Below, one piece after another: positions 17,217 to 27,218 of a stretch of DNA of 39,693 bases. The notes below the pieces were generated by a model. It saw nothing but the letters and a program-made list of their open reading frames with translations. It did no database searches and was not told the origin of the DNA. The position numbers and the translations under genes were made by a program. Where the stretch lies: assembly GCA_038209745.1 (NCBI GenBank), contig JBBQXJ010000042.1, forward strand, positions 1-39,693, in the 5' to 3' direction. The DNA comes from Verrucomicrobiota bacterium (GTDB lineage Bacteria; Verrucomicrobiota; Verrucomicrobiia; Limisphaerales; CANJSG01). Within the stretch, counting starts at the first letter, position 1; every line of letters starts with the position of its first letter.

Positions 17217-18077
17217 ATGCTGATAATCATCGGTGCCATCATCGTGATCGGGTCCGTGCTCGGCGGCTTCAGAATGGCCGGCGGGCAGATCGGTGCGCTG
17301 TGGCATCCGTCGGAAATCGTCACGATCTGCGGAGCCGCCCTCGGCGCCCTGGTGATCATGTCGCCGATGCGCGTGCTGAAGGCGATGATCGCGCAGCTGA
17401 TCGGCGCGCTCAAGGGATCGCCCTTCAGCAAGTCCTCATACGAGGACCTCTTCAAGTCGCTCTACGAGCTCTTCATGGTCGGCCGCCGCAACGGCATGAT
17501 CGCGCTCGAAGAACACGTCACCGGCCCCGAGACGAGCAGCATCTTCACCAAGTATCCGAACTTCCTGAAGAACCACCATGCCGTCGATTTTCTCTGCAAC
17601 TCCCTCCGGCCGGTCATCGACGGCAAGATGAAGCCCGACCAGCTCAAGGTGCTTCTCGACATCGAGCTCGACGCGATGGAGGAGGAACACCACCAGCCCA
17701 TCGGCATCATCCAGAAGACCGGCGACGGCATGCCCGGATTCGGCATCGTCGCGGCCGTTCTGGGCATCGTCATCACGATGGGCGCCATCTCCGGCCCCAT
17801 CGAGGAGATCGGCCACAGCGTCGGGGCGGCGCTCGTCGGAACGTTCCTCGGCATTCTCATCGCCTATGGTTTCATCAATCCCATCGCGGTGAACCTCGAG
17901 TTCGTCGGCGCGGCGGAGATGCTCTACTTCCGGGCCATCGCCTCGGCGGTCTGCAGCTTCGCCACCGGCATGGCCCCGGTCATGGCCGTGGAAGTCGCCC
18001 GAAGAAGCCTCACCAGCGACGTCAAGCCCTCGGCCGAAGCTCTCGAGGAGATGTTGAAGAACATCGGCAAGAAATAG
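17217..18077 (+). CDS. motA: Flagellar stator protein MotA
   Basis: HPSEIVTICGAALG, RRNGMIALEEH, DGMPGFGIVAAVLG, GAALVGTFLGI. Confidence 0.95.
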   Translation: MLIIIGAIIVIGSVLGGFRMAGGQIGALWHPSEIVTICGAALGALVIMSPMRVLKAMIAQLIGALKGSPFSKSSYEDLFKSLYELFMVGRRNGMIALEEHVTGPETSSIFTKYPNFLKNHHAVDFLCNSLRPVIDGKMKPDQLKVLLDIELDAMEEEHHQPIGIIQKTGDGMPGFGIVAAVLGIVITMGAISGPIEEIGHSVGAALVGTFLGILIAYGFINPIAVNLEFVGAAEMLYFRAIASAVCSFATGMAPVMAVEVARRSLTSDVKPSAEALEEMLKNIGKK

Positions 18078-18154
18078 ACGGACAACCCGCCCGATCGAAG
18101 CCTTTCCGGTGAGACGGAAACGCATCGGATCGCGGCACGGCGAACGTATCAACC

Positions 18155-18883
18155 ATGGGCAAGAAACACGCACATCACGGCGGAGCTTGGAAGGTCGCCT
18201 ACGCCGACTTCGTCACCGCTATGATGGCCCTCTTCCTCGTGCTCTGGCTCACCTCCCAGGACGAGAAGATCAAGAAGGCCATCGAACGCTCCTTCCGGCA
18301 GCCCTTCGGCACCTCGACCATTCAGACATCCACGTCCATCCTGCCCAGCACGGCCCCGCCCAAGCCGTCCGGGAGCATCGCGGGCAACTTCGACTCCGCC
18401 TCCGCCATCGAGCTCACCATGTTGCGCAAGCTCAACGAGGACCTGCAGCAACAGCTCGAAGTCGAGGACGCCGACAAATCGGTGGAACTGGAACTGACCC
18501 CGGACGGCCTCAAGATCAGCATCTTCGACCGCTCCCAGAAACCCGTCTTCAAGACGGGGTCCAAGGAGTTCACCCCCTATGGCCGATGGGTCTTCTCCAC
18601 CCTTGCGTGGCAGATCGCCCGCTACAAGAGCTTCGCCGTCGAACTCGAGGGCCATACCGAGACGCAGGACAATTCGGCCCACTCCGAACTCGACACGTGG
18701 GAACTCAGCGCCGACCGCGCGAACACCGCACGCTCCGAGCTGTTGGCCAACGGCGTCACGAGCGCCCAGATCCGAAAGATCTCCGGCTACGGCGACACCC
18801 AGCCGATGAAGGGCCGGGCCCCGGACGACGAGCGCAACCGTCGCGTCACCGTCATGCTCCGGATCAACGACAAGACCCACTAG
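18155..18883 (+). CDS. motB: Flagellar stator protein MotB
   Basis: HGGAWKVAYADFVTAMMALFLVLW (conserved Asp); OmpA-like EGHT...WELSADRA...NRRV. Confidence 0.95.
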   Translation: MGKKHAHHGGAWKVAYADFVTAMMALFLVLWLTSQDEKIKKAIERSFRQPFGTSTIQTSTSILPSTAPPKPSGSIAGNFDSASAIELTMLRKLNEDLQQQLEVEDADKSVELELTPDGLKISIFDRSQKPVFKTGSKEFTPYGRWVFSTLAWQIARYKSFAVELEGHTETQDNSAHSELDTWELSADRANTARSELLANGVTSAQIRKISGYGDTQPMKGRAPDDERNRRVTVMLRINDKTH

Positions 18884-18912
18884 GCCGGCTGGTCTTCCGG
18901 AGCCACACTGCG

Positions 18913-19179
18913 ATGTCCGATTCATTCTCACCCTTGTTTGGTGGCTCCCTGGGGGGCACCGGCGGTCCCGCCCGGAACTTTCGCGTCCAGGTCGTGGGTG
19001 CCGGTTCGCCGGCACTGTCGCCGACTGCGCCGCCGACGGTCGCCCCCGCGCCGTGCCAGCTGGCCAAGCCCGCCAAAGTCTCCCTTGAAAAGAACGGAAA
19101 CACCGTCACCGGCATCCGCATCGACTGTGGTTGTGGCCAGGTCATCAACCTGAGCTGCGTCTACGACGAAGCCGTCTGA
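18913..19179 (+). CDS. Small Cys-containing hypothetical protein (88 aa)
   Basis: ATG 29 nt after the motB stop; Pro-rich linker followed by KVSLEKNGNTVTGIRIDCGCGQVINLSCVY. Confidence 0.6.
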   Translation: MSDSFSPLFGGSLGGTGGPARNFRVQVVGAGSPALSPTAPPTVAPAPCQLAKPAKVSLEKNGNTVTGIRIDCGCGQVINLSCVYDEAV

Positions 19180-19270
19180 CCCGACCTATGCTTCGCCGGC
19201 TCATCGCTTCCCCTCTTCTGCTTTAGCCCCGCCCGCTCCGCTTCGTCGGCCGTTCTCGCCGATTCGTCGT

Positions 19271-19299
19271 TTGACGCGGCGCCGGGCGCCCCCCATTTT
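19271..19299 (+). promoter_or_regulatory. Sigma70-type promoter candidate for the peroxiredoxin
   Basis: TTGACG-N17-CATTTT upstream of ATG 19341. Confidence 0.35.
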
Positions 19300-19340
19300 C
19301 TTGGTCCGTAAACGACAAGAACAACCTATCCAATCCGAAC

Positions 19341-19820
19341 ATGCCCATTTCCATCGGCTCCAAAGCCCCTGATTTCAGCCTCAAATCCAAGAACTCCACC
19401 GGCCTCGTCGACGTGAAGCTCTCGGAGAATTTCGGCAAGAAGAACACCGTCCTCCTCTTCTTCCCCCTCGCCTTTACCGGCGTCTGCACCACCGAGATGT
19501 GCGACATCACCGCCGGGCTCGGCAGCTATACCGGCTTGAATGCCGACGTCATCGCCATCAGCGTGGACAGCCCGTTCGCGCAGGAAGCCTGGGCCGCCAA
19601 GGAGAAGATCACCGTCAAGCTCGTCAGCGACCTGAACAAGACCGCGACCGATGCCTACGGCGTCCGTTTCCCGATGCTGGCCGCAGTGGGTGACACCTCG
19701 GCCCGCGCCGCCTTCGTCATCGACAAGGCCGGTGTCGTCCAATACGCCGAGCAAACGGCGACCCCCAAGGATCTGCCCAACTTTGCCGCCGTGAAGGAAG
19801 CGCTCGCGAAGCTCAAGTAA
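19341..19820 (+). CDS. Peroxiredoxin (AhpC/TSA family, AhpE-like)
   Basis: PxxxTxxC motif FFPLAFTGVCTTE, ISVDSPF, RAAFVIDK. Confidence 0.9.
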   Translation: MPISIGSKAPDFSLKSKNSTGLVDVKLSENFGKKNTVLLFFPLAFTGVCTTEMCDITAGLGSYTGLNADVIAISVDSPFAQEAWAAKEKITVKLVSDLNKTATDAYGVRFPMLAAVGDTSARAAFVIDKAGVVQYAEQTATPKDLPNFAAVKEALAKLK

Positions 19821-19844
19821 TCCCGGGCACCGGATCGATCTCAG

Positions 19845-19881
19845 AAGCCGGGCGGGGGCGACTCCGTCCGGCTTTTCTTTT
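19845..19881 (+). terminator. Intrinsic terminator
   Basis: 13-bp stem AAGCCGGGCGGGG/CTCCGTCCGGCTT with a GCGA tetraloop, followed by TTCTTTT. Confidence 0.75.
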
Positions 19882-20020
19882 GCCCTCGGGCGCGAGTGAA
19901 CCGCAGCACGTCCGGTCCGCACGGCAGTCATGGATGGCTTGGCCGCTTTTGGGATGGAGTCAAAATCGGGGGGGTGTTCGATCGGGAAGATCCGTGGGAC
20001 GATGGTCGAACGCCAATCGA

Positions 20021-22231
20021 ATGAAACACCACGCCGCAGCGTTGATCGTCGCCTATTCAGTCTTCTGCCTTGGGCACGCCAAGGAATTGGCTCTCAACGG
20101 TGGTTTCGAAGACGCCACGGGTCCGGCCCAATCTCCCTTCATCGGCTGGTCCTTCTACGGTGGGTTTGAGCACGGCGACTACTCCATCGCCGTTTCGGAT
20201 GAAGCCCATGGTGGCCGGCAATCCTGCCAGATCACCTGCCTCAAGAAGGGTCGTGCCGGTATCGCCAGTTCACCGGTGAAACTCTCCGTCGGCACCCTGG
20301 TCGAGGCGTCTTGCTGGTTGAAAGCCACGGAGGTGAACGGTGGACGCGTCTTCCTCAACTTCGAAGGGACACCCGGCGATGGCTGGTCCAGCAAGGATCT
20401 GAAAACCGGCAGCTACGGTTGGACCCGCTTCACCCATCGGGCGGTCGTTCCCGCCGGCAAAACGCCAGGTCCGCAGACGATCACCGTCCATCTCTACACC
20501 TCCTGCGAAGGCTCGGTCTCGGTCGATGACTTCTCCATCCGGTCGGTCGACGAGCAGGCTCTCTCGGTGCAACCGGTCGGACCCGGAACGCCCGCCGAGA
20601 TCGACGAGCCGGTGGGTTCACCGGGCTATCGCGTGAACGTGGTGTCGCCGCTGGTGAAGGTTTTTCGGGAGGATGATTACTCCGCCCTGACGCGGACCAG
20701 CGTCGAGCTGGCCTCGGCCCGCAACGAGTATGAGTCGGTCCAGGTGGTGGTGGAGGCGCCGTGGAGAACGGTGACGATCAAGGAGGTCCACCTTTCCGAA
20801 TTGAAAGGGCCGGGTGGCGCCGTGATTCCGGCCGGAGCCGCCAAATGGGAACGAGTCGACTACATCACGACGACGGTGGTGCCGCCTTATTTCACCGATC
20901 GTGGACTCGGGAACTATCCCGATCCGTTGCTGCCCGCAGGGCCGTTCACCGTCGAAAAGCTCGGACGAGTCCCGCTCTGGATCACGCTGAAGACGCCCAA
21001 GGAATGCCCGCCCGGGATCTATTCGGGCACCATCACCGTCACGCCAGAGGTCAATCGTCCCATAGTCCTTCCCGTCACCGTGACGGTGTGGGATTTCGCC
21101 ATCGCCGACCCGAGTCACCTGCGCACCCTCACTTGGTTGGGGGAGGGCGCGATCCGGGAATGGTATGGCTACGACGAATCGCCGGAAGGCCACCGTCAGC
21201 AGGCGGCGGCGGTGATGAAGTATCAGGACTGCCTGCTGGAGCACCGGCTTGGTCCCGGAGGACAGGTGGCCGATCATGTGGCCCCAAGTGCGGACGGAAC
21301 GTTCGATTTCCGGGAGGTCGACGCCACGTTGCAGCGGTTGATCGACCGGGGCATGAACGCGTTCATCGTCGGCACCGCCCCCAATCTGGGCCGGACCAAG
21401 CAGGAGGAATACACGCCGGAATTCGTCCGCCGTTTCACCGCGATGCTCACCGCCTACAGCGAGCATCTGCGGCAGAAAGGCTGGTTGGACCGGGCCTATG
21501 TCTACGTCTACGACGAGGCCCCGAAAGCGGCTTGGCCCGCGGTCAGGAAGATCGACGACGCCATCCATGCTGTCGCGCCGGAGCTGCGCATTCTCCAGTG
21601 TCTGAACGAGCCCGAAGGCGTGCGCGCCTTGACGGGCTTCGCCGATGTCTTCGACGTCTATGTGGCCCAGTACCACAAGGCGGGAGTGTCCGAGTCGCAG
21701 AAGAAGGGCGCGGAGGTCTGGCTCGCGGTCTGTTGCTATCCGATGGAACACCCGAATTTCTTCATCGAATATCCGTCGCTGGATGTCCGGGCAGCGCCGT
21801 GGATCTGTTGGAGATACGGGGCAAAAGGCTTCGAGTATTGGTCGCCCAACTCCTGGGGAGCCAATGGCCACAAGGCGGAAGGCAAGTGGCCCGCGACGCC
21901 ATGGGTGGCCAACGCTTTCGGGAAATACAACGGCGATGGGTATCTCCTCTATCCGGGAGCCGACGGGACGCCCTGTTCATCGATCCGACTGGAGGCGCTG
22001 AGGGATGGATTGGAGGACTATGAATACCTGTGGACGTTGAATTCGCTGCTGCAGCGGGCGGAGCAACTGGGGGTGAAAGGCGCCTCGGTGGACCACGCCA
22101 GGAAGCTGCTTTCGCTCGATGGAATCGTGACGGACACCGGAACCCATGCTCCGGAGCCTGAGCGATACGTCGCCTATCGGCGGGAGCTGGCGAACGCGAT
22201 CGTGACGCTGCTGAAGCGGGTGGGTCGGTAG
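20021..22231 (+). CDS. Secreted glycoside hydrolase, GH123-like with DUF4091 C-terminus and N-terminal CBM-like domain
   Basis: Signal peptide from ATG 20021; LNGGFE CBM-like start; ARNEYESVQV, YPDPLLP, YVYDEA, GDGYLLYPG...SSIRLEALRDGLEDYEYL. Confidence 0.75.
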   Translation: MKHHAAALIVAYSVFCLGHAKELALNGGFEDATGPAQSPFIGWSFYGGFEHGDYSIAVSDEAHGGRQSCQITCLKKGRAGIASSPVKLSVGTLVEASCWLKATEVNGGRVFLNFEGTPGDGWSSKDLKTGSYGWTRFTHRAVVPAGKTPGPQTITVHLYTSCEGSVSVDDFSIRSVDEQALSVQPVGPGTPAEIDEPVGSPGYRVNVVSPLVKVFREDDYSALTRTSVELASARNEYESVQVVVEAPWRTVTIKEVHLSELKGPGGAVIPAGAAKWERVDYITTTVVPPYFTDRGLGNYPDPLLPAGPFTVEKLGRVPLWITLKTPKECPPGIYSGTITVTPEVNRPIVLPVTVTVWDFAIADPSHLRTLTWLGEGAIREWYGYDESPEGHRQQAAAVMKYQDCLLEHRLGPGGQVADHVAPSADGTFDFREVDATLQRLIDRGMNAFIVGTAPNLGRTKQEEYTPEFVRRFTAMLTAYSEHLRQKGWLDRAYVYVYDEAPKAAWPAVRKIDDAIHAVAPELRILQCLNEPEGVRALTGFADVFDVYVAQYHKAGVSESQKKGAEVWLAVCCYPMEHPNFFIEYPSLDVRAAPWICWRYGAKGFEYWSPNSWGANGHKAEGKWPATPWVANAFGKYNGDGYLLYPGADGTPCSSIRLEALRDGLEDYEYLWTLNSLLQRAEQLGVKGASVDHARKLLSLDGIVTDTGTHAPEPERYVAYRRELANAIVTLLKRVGR

Positions 22232-22275
22232 GCCGCGGAGGCGAATGTCGATTCGTCGCCGTGGGTGGGACCGCG

Positions 22276-22965
22276 TCATCTCCGTTCGTCGGAAGCCACG
22301 AGTCCATCGGCGAGCTGGACGACGCGGGGGGCGGTGGCGGCGAGCTCGTTGTCGTGGGTGGCGATGATGAGGGTCATGGCGCGCTCCGTCTGGAGGTCGA
22401 GCAGGAGCCGCATGATCTCGTCGCCGGTGTGGGAATCGAGGTTGCCGGTGGGTTCGTCGGCCAGGAGGAAGGCGGGGTCGTTGATCAGGGCCCGGGCGAT
22501 GGCGACGCGCTGCTGTTCGCCGCCGGAAAGCTCGTAGGGCCGGTGCTCGACCCGTTCGGCGAGGCCGACGCGCCGGAGAAGCTCAATGGCCTTGGCCTGC
22601 GTGGCGGAGGCGGAGGCGCGGGCCATGCGGGCGGGCAGGCAGACGTTCTCCAGGGCGCTGAGCTCGGGCAGGAGATGGTAGGCCTGGAAGACGAGGCCTA
22701 CTCGGCGGTTGCGCAGGCGGGTCAGGGCGGAGGAGGAGAGCAGGTCGAACTGTTGGCCGTCGAGGACGATGCGGCCGGAATCGGGGCGGTCGAGGCCGCC
22801 GAGGAGATGGAGGAGCGTGCTCTTGCCCGCGCCGGAAGCGCCTCGCAGGGCGACGAATTCACCGGCGGCGACATCGAGGCTGACGCCGAGGAGCACTTCG
22901 ACCTTTTTCCGGCCGAGCGTGTAGGACTTGTGGACCTCGTGGGCGGACAGGACGGAATCAGTCAT
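22276..22965 (-). CDS. lolD: ABC transporter ATP-binding protein, LolD-like
   Basis: [35 protein letters not shown]; coupled to the upstream permease by an 8-nt overlap. Confidence 0.8.
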   Translation of the reverse strand: MTDSVLSAHEVHKSYTLGRKKVEVLLGVSLDVAAGEFVALRGASGAGKSTLLHLLGGLDRPDSGRIVLDGQQFDLLSSSALTRLRNRRVGLVFQAYHLLPELSALENVCLPARMARASASATQAKAIELLRRVGLAERVEHRPYELSGGEQQRVAIARALINDPAFLLADEPTGNLDSHTGDEIMRLLLDLQTERAMTLIIATHDNELAATAPRVVQLADGLVASDERR

Positions 22966-24232
22966 GGCGCAGAGCCTCCACGGGTTGCAGGCGGGAGGCT
23001 TTCCAGGCGGGGAACACGCCGGCCAGGACGCAGGCGGCGAAGGCCGTGCCGCAGATGAGGACGACGTCGCCGGTCTGGATCTTGGCCGGGAGTTCGTAGA
23101 GGTAATACATCGAGACCGGGAGCAGGTTGAACCCGGCGACGTTGTTCATGAAGTGGAGGAACTCGTTGCGATACGCGAGGGCGAGCAGGCCGAAGCCGAG
23201 ACCGGTTCCCACCCCGAGGACCCCGACGATGACGGACTGGCTCAGGAAGAGCCACAGGACCTGGCCGCTGGTGGCGCCGATGGCCTTGAGGATGCCGATC
23301 TCGCGGGTCTTCTGGACGACGAAGGTGATCTGGCTGTTCACGATCCCGAAGGCGGCGACGATCATGATGAAGAAGAGGATGTAGAACATCATGCTCTTCT
23401 CCACGGCGAGGGCGTTGAACTTGTCCGGATTCTCTTCGCGCCAGGTCATCATGCCATAGCGGTCGCCCAGCGATTTCTTGAGTTCGTTGCGGACCTCGTT
23501 CGCCTTGAACGGATCCTTGATCATGACCTGGAGGCCATGGACGCGGTCGTTGCCCAGCGAGTAGAGCTGCTGCCCGCTCTCCAGCGAGACGACGACGATC
23601 GCGGAATTGTATTCGCCGAACCCGACGTCGAAGACGCCCCGCACGGTGTATTCGAAGGGGAGGGTCTTCTCGTCGCGGCCCTCGCGCGCGCCCTTCTCGA
23701 AGCGGTTCAACGTCTCCGGCGAATACATGAGCAGGTGGTCGTCGACGTGGATGTCATAGTTCCGGGCGATGTCCGTGCCGATGATGATGCTCTGGCCGTC
23801 GAGGTCCCATTGGCCCTGCACGATGCTCTTGGGCAGGACGCTCACGCTGCCCTCGAGTTCCGGATCCACGCCGCGCACGATCGGGGCGAAGGCGTAGGAA
23901 TCGCCGCTGGCCGGCTGGGTCTTGATCATGACCTGGCCGGACGTGAACGGCGCGGCTCCCAGGACTTCGGGGTTCTTGAGAACGGTGTCGCGGACCGACT
24001 CGTAGTGTTCCAGCAGGCCGTGGCGGTCGCCGACCTTCAGGTGCGCGCTGAACCCGAGGATGCGGTCGCGCCATTCCTGGTCGAAGCCGCTCATCACGCT
24101 GATCACGATGATGAGCACCCCGACGCCGAGGGTGACGCCGGCGACGGAGATCAGCGTGATGACGGAGACCAACGTGCGCCGCGGCCGCAGGTAGCGGAGC
24201 GCGAGAAAGGCTTCAAAGGGCAGGGGGGACAT
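22958..24232 (-). CDS. Lipoprotein-releasing ABC permease, LolC/E family
   Basis: ALRYLRPRR..VSVITLISVAGVTLGV...[45 protein letters not shown]. Confidence 0.85.
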   Translation of the reverse strand: MSPLPFEAFLALRYLRPRRTLVSVITLISVAGVTLGVGVLIIVISVMSGFDQEWRDRILGFSAHLKVGDRHGLLEHYESVRDTVLKNPEVLGAAPFTSGQVMIKTQPASGDSYAFAPIVRGVDPELEGSVSVLPKSIVQGQWDLDGQSIIIGTDIARNYDIHVDDHLLMYSPETLNRFEKGAREGRDEKTLPFEYTVRGVFDVGFGEYNSAIVVVSLESGQQLYSLGNDRVHGLQVMIKDPFKANEVRNELKKSLGDRYGMMTWREENPDKFNALAVEKSMMFYILFFIMIVAAFGIVNSQITFVVQKTREIGILKAIGATSGQVLWLFLSQSVIVGVLGVGTGLGFGLLALAYRNEFLHFMNNVAGFNLLPVSMYYLYELPAKIQTGDVVLICGTAFAACVLAGVFPAWKASRLQPVEALRHD

Positions 24233-24241
24233 CCGGAAAGA

Positions 24242-24814
24242 TCAGGCGAGCAACTGGCCGAAGCGGACCGAAAAGCCGGGCAGGAGCGTGGAGGGCGCGA
24301 CCACGTCGCCGGTGATGGAGACCATCGTCTGGAAGGCATGGCCCTGAAGACTCAGCACGTCGATGCCCGAGGTTTCCGGATCGATCAGCCAGAATTCCTT
24401 CACCTTGAACTGTTCGTAGAGCTCGCGCTTTTCGATGCGGTCACGCCGCCACGAGCCGGGAGAAATCACTTCCAAGACGAGGTCCGGCACGCCCCGGATG
24501 CCTTCCTCGCTGTAGGCCGGGTTGCCGTGGGCGATGAAAAACACGTCAGGCTGGACGACGCGGCGGGCGGACAGGACCACGTCGAGCGGGCTGATGAAGA
24601 CGCGGCCGAGGTTCTTGTCATGGACATGATCGCGGAGTTCACGGGCAAAGTTCAGGACCAGCGTCTGGTGTTTCGGTCTCGGCGTCGGCGACATGATGAG
24701 TTCTCCGTCCCACAGTTCCATCAGTTGGCTGGACTCGGGCCCGGTCGCCACCAGCTCGTCGTAGGTCCAGAGCCGCTTGGCTTCGGCGGGAACGGGTTCA
24801 GTGATGGCGGACAT
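24242..24814 (-). CDS. Uma2-family (PD-(D/E)xK) endonuclease-like protein
   Basis: ELWDGELIMSPTP..HQ, VVQPDV, PDLVLEVISPG..RRDR..K..LY...VKEFWLIDP. Confidence 0.85.
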   Translation of the reverse strand: MSAITEPVPAEAKRLWTYDELVATGPESSQLMELWDGELIMSPTPRPKHQTLVLNFARELRDHVHDKNLGRVFISPLDVVLSARRVVQPDVFFIAHGNPAYSEEGIRGVPDLVLEVISPGSWRRDRIEKRELYEQFKVKEFWLIDPETSGIDVLSLQGHAFQTMVSITGDVVAPSTLLPGFSVRFGQLLA

Positions 24815-24849
24815 GGCGTGAGCGTGGCGGAGTTTTCCGGGCAACGCAA

Positions 24850-25878
24850 TCAGCCGCCTTTGGCGAGGAACTGCACCTTCGCGCTGAGTTCCGGCGTGAG
24901 GAAATGGTCGGGTTTCAGGATCTGCACCTTGATCTGGAGGGTGCCCTTCTGCCGGCTGGCTTCGGGGGCAATTTCGGCGACGACGCCCTGGTAGACCTTG
25001 TCGGGATAGGCTTCGGGGCTGATCCGGCAGGGCTGCTGGAGATGGATCTTGGGAAGGTCGGCCTCGGAGAGGTCGATCTCGACCTGGAGGTCGCCCAGAT
25101 CCGCGACGGCGAGGAGCGAGGTGCTGGGGCCGCGGGTGCCGCCGAAGGTCTGGGGCGTGACGAGCTCATTGGCGTCGACGAGTTTTTCCATGACGACGCC
25201 GTTCACGGGCGAGCGGATGACACACCAGTCGAGCCAGGTTTCGACGATCTTGCGGGAAGCTTCCACCTGCTTCAGCTGGGCCCCGGCGGCGGCGAGGGCC
25301 AGCTTTGCATCATCCAACACTTTCACCATTTCCACCTGTTGGCGGACGAGTTCCTCGGCGCGTTTCAGGTCGATCCTGGCCTTGTCGACGGACACCTGGG
25401 CGACGCCGATCTGGCCGTCCACTTCGCCGAGCCGGGCGCGGTATTCCGAGTCGTCCAGCAGCACGACCACTTGGCCATTGGTCACGCTGTCGCCTTTCTT
25501 GATCCCGATCCATTTGACCACGCCCATGAAGCGGGGGCTGATCTCGATGCGTTCGCGGGCGATGATGTAACCGCTGGCGGTCAGGAGGGAGTCTTCGCTG
25601 TCGTTGGGCTGAGGGGTGGCCGAAGCGGAGGCCGAGCCAAAGGCGCCAGTGCCGGAAGTCGACGGACTCGAGGTTTTGGCCGTGGTCCCGGCGGAGTCTT
25701 TGGCTTCCTTGCCGGACTTCAGACCGGTGCGAATGGCGTCGGTCGCACGGGGAATGGCGAAATACGCGACCACGGCGGTGAGGAGCGCGACGCCGCCGAG
25801 GATGACCCACAGGGAAGATCGGGAGCGGCGTTTGTGCTCCGAGGCGATCCGCAGCTTCTGCAACTGGTCTTCGTTCAT
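24850..25878 (-). CDS. Efflux periplasmic adaptor (membrane fusion protein, MacA/HlyD-like)
   Basis: N-terminal TM; lipoyl halves (ISPRFMGVVKWIGIKKGDSV; IRSPVNGVV); alpha-hairpin; LQVEIDLSEAD. Confidence 0.85.
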   Translation of the reverse strand: MNEDQLQKLRIASEHKRRSRSSLWVILGGVALLTAVVAYFAIPRATDAIRTGLKSGKEAKDSAGTTAKTSSPSTSGTGAFGSASASATPQPNDSEDSLLTASGYIIARERIEISPRFMGVVKWIGIKKGDSVTNGQVVVLLDDSEYRARLGEVDGQIGVAQVSVDKARIDLKRAEELVRQQVEMVKVLDDAKLALAAAGAQLKQVEASRKIVETWLDWCVIRSPVNGVVMEKLVDANELVTPQTFGGTRGPSTSLLAVADLGDLQVEIDLSEADLPKIHLQQPCRISPEAYPDKVYQGVVAEIAPEASRQKGTLQIKVQILKPDHFLTPELSAKVQFLAKGG

Positions 25879-26034
25879 GGAATGGGTTTTGTCCCGGGTG
25901 GACGCTGCGGCTTGGTCCCGGTCGACACCCGGAGGTTGCGGGTGGAACGGAGGCGGTGCAAGTCGCTGCGGTGGCTGGCTGGGGAGAACGCGCCGTTGTG
26001 GCCGGAGGGTCGGAGTTTTCGGCGACGAAGGCGC

Positions 26035-26457
26035 CTACTTCACGGTCTTTTTGCCGGCGTTTTCCCAGGCCTTCATGCCGCCTTCGACATTGCGGACGTC
26101 TTTGAAACCAAGGTCGACCAGCTGCGAGCAGGCTTTGGCGCTGCGGCCACCGGAGGCGCAAAAGACGACGTAGGACTTGGACTTGTCGAGCTTGGCGATC
26201 TGGTCCTTGAAATCGGCGGCGTAGAAGTTGAGCGCCTTGGAGCCCTCGATGTGGCCAGCGGCGACTTCCTTCGGGGTGCGGACGTCGAGGACGACGGTGT
26301 CTTTTTCGGCGGCGATGATCTTCTCCGCCTGGTCGACGGAGACGTTCTTAACCTTGGTCTTTTCGGCGACCGCTTCGGCCGCGGTCGCGCGATGGGTCGG
26401 GAGGAACAGGCCGGAGGAGAGGCAGAGGGAAACGAGGAGGATCCGGATTGTTCGCAT
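26035..26457 (-). CDS. Exported rhodanese-like domain protein
   Basis: Signal peptide from ATG 26457; LDVRTPKE...GHIEGS, active-site FCASGGRS, NVEGGMKAW. Confidence 0.85.
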   Translation of the reverse strand: MRTIRILLVSLCLSSGLFLPTHRATAAEAVAEKTKVKNVSVDQAEKIIAAEKDTVVLDVRTPKEVAAGHIEGSKALNFYAADFKDQIAKLDKSKSYVVFCASGGRSAKACSQLVDLGFKDVRNVEGGMKAWENAGKKTVK

Positions 26458-26809
26458 GGCCGGATCGTAGCGTGAACCGACGGTTCGTCCACAAGACGGA
26501 TTCGGGCGGTGCCGCCGTTTTCGGGGGATCCCGGATTCCACGGCTCGTTGCCGAAGGTCGCAGGGACGGTCCGGATTCCAGGCGGCCACCTTGTCCGAAC
26601 CTCCTTGGATTTACCGGATGCGTGGGGCTGGTCGTTGTCTCCTCCGGGAATGCGAGTGGTTCGGAACAGGAAGCCGAAGGTCGTTTTTCTGGCCGCGCGG
26701 TTGACGTGGATGTGGTGTTCCCGAGCGTTGGCCTAGTTGCCGGCGTTTGCTCGCGCGCAGGGCTCCAGGAGGTATGCCACCGCGTTCCGCTGTGGGTTTT
26801 CTGGCGGTC

Positions 26810-27190
26810 AACTGCACGGTGGACATGGCTTCAGAGGCGGTTTCCGACGTGGAGCTTGGAGCGTCGAGCGATCTCTCGATGGTGAACGGAACGCCTACGT
26901 TGAACGGATTCGGACCGGGAACCCACACATTGGTGACCTACATGGGCTCGCGTCGGGGGACTCTGGGGATCGGATCGATGCCGGAGGGTTTTGCCGGCGA
27001 AATCGATCTGCGACGGCGGGCAGATGAAGCGGGTCGCGCAGTCCAGGACGCCGTCGACGGTCGCGATGCCGTTGGTCGACTGGGATCGCGTCGCAACCAA
27101 TCTGTTCAGCGGCACGGGCACGTTTTTGTTCACCAAAGGAACTGCATCCCCGGGACCGGCCACGCTCTATTTGATCCGGATTCCGTGGCG
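26810..27190 (+). pseudogene. Degraded C-terminal remnant of a secreted beta-strand-repeat protein
   Basis: One frame reads ELGASSDLSMVNGTPTLNGFGPGTHTLVTYMG...IGSMPEGF; another reads STVAMPLVDWDRVATNLFSGTGTFLFT...LYLIRIP. There is a frameshift and no intact start. Confidence 0.45.
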
Positions 27191-27218
27191 GCTCGCGGTA
27201 GCCGGATGAAGCCCCGGG

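Noticed and set aside
18133..18148. CGGCACGG sigma54-like -24 box before motB
   Set aside because: The -12 position reads GT, not GC.
24242..24814. Uma2 nuclease as a defence or mobile system
   Set aside because: No methylase, antitoxin, transposase or terminal repeats are visible nearby.
22928..24994. 688-aa plus-strand ORF (likewise 2321-4096, 5281-6804, 16430-18112, 24904-26475, 30938-32314)
   Set aside because: Shadow or alternate-frame ORFs overlapping well-supported genes.
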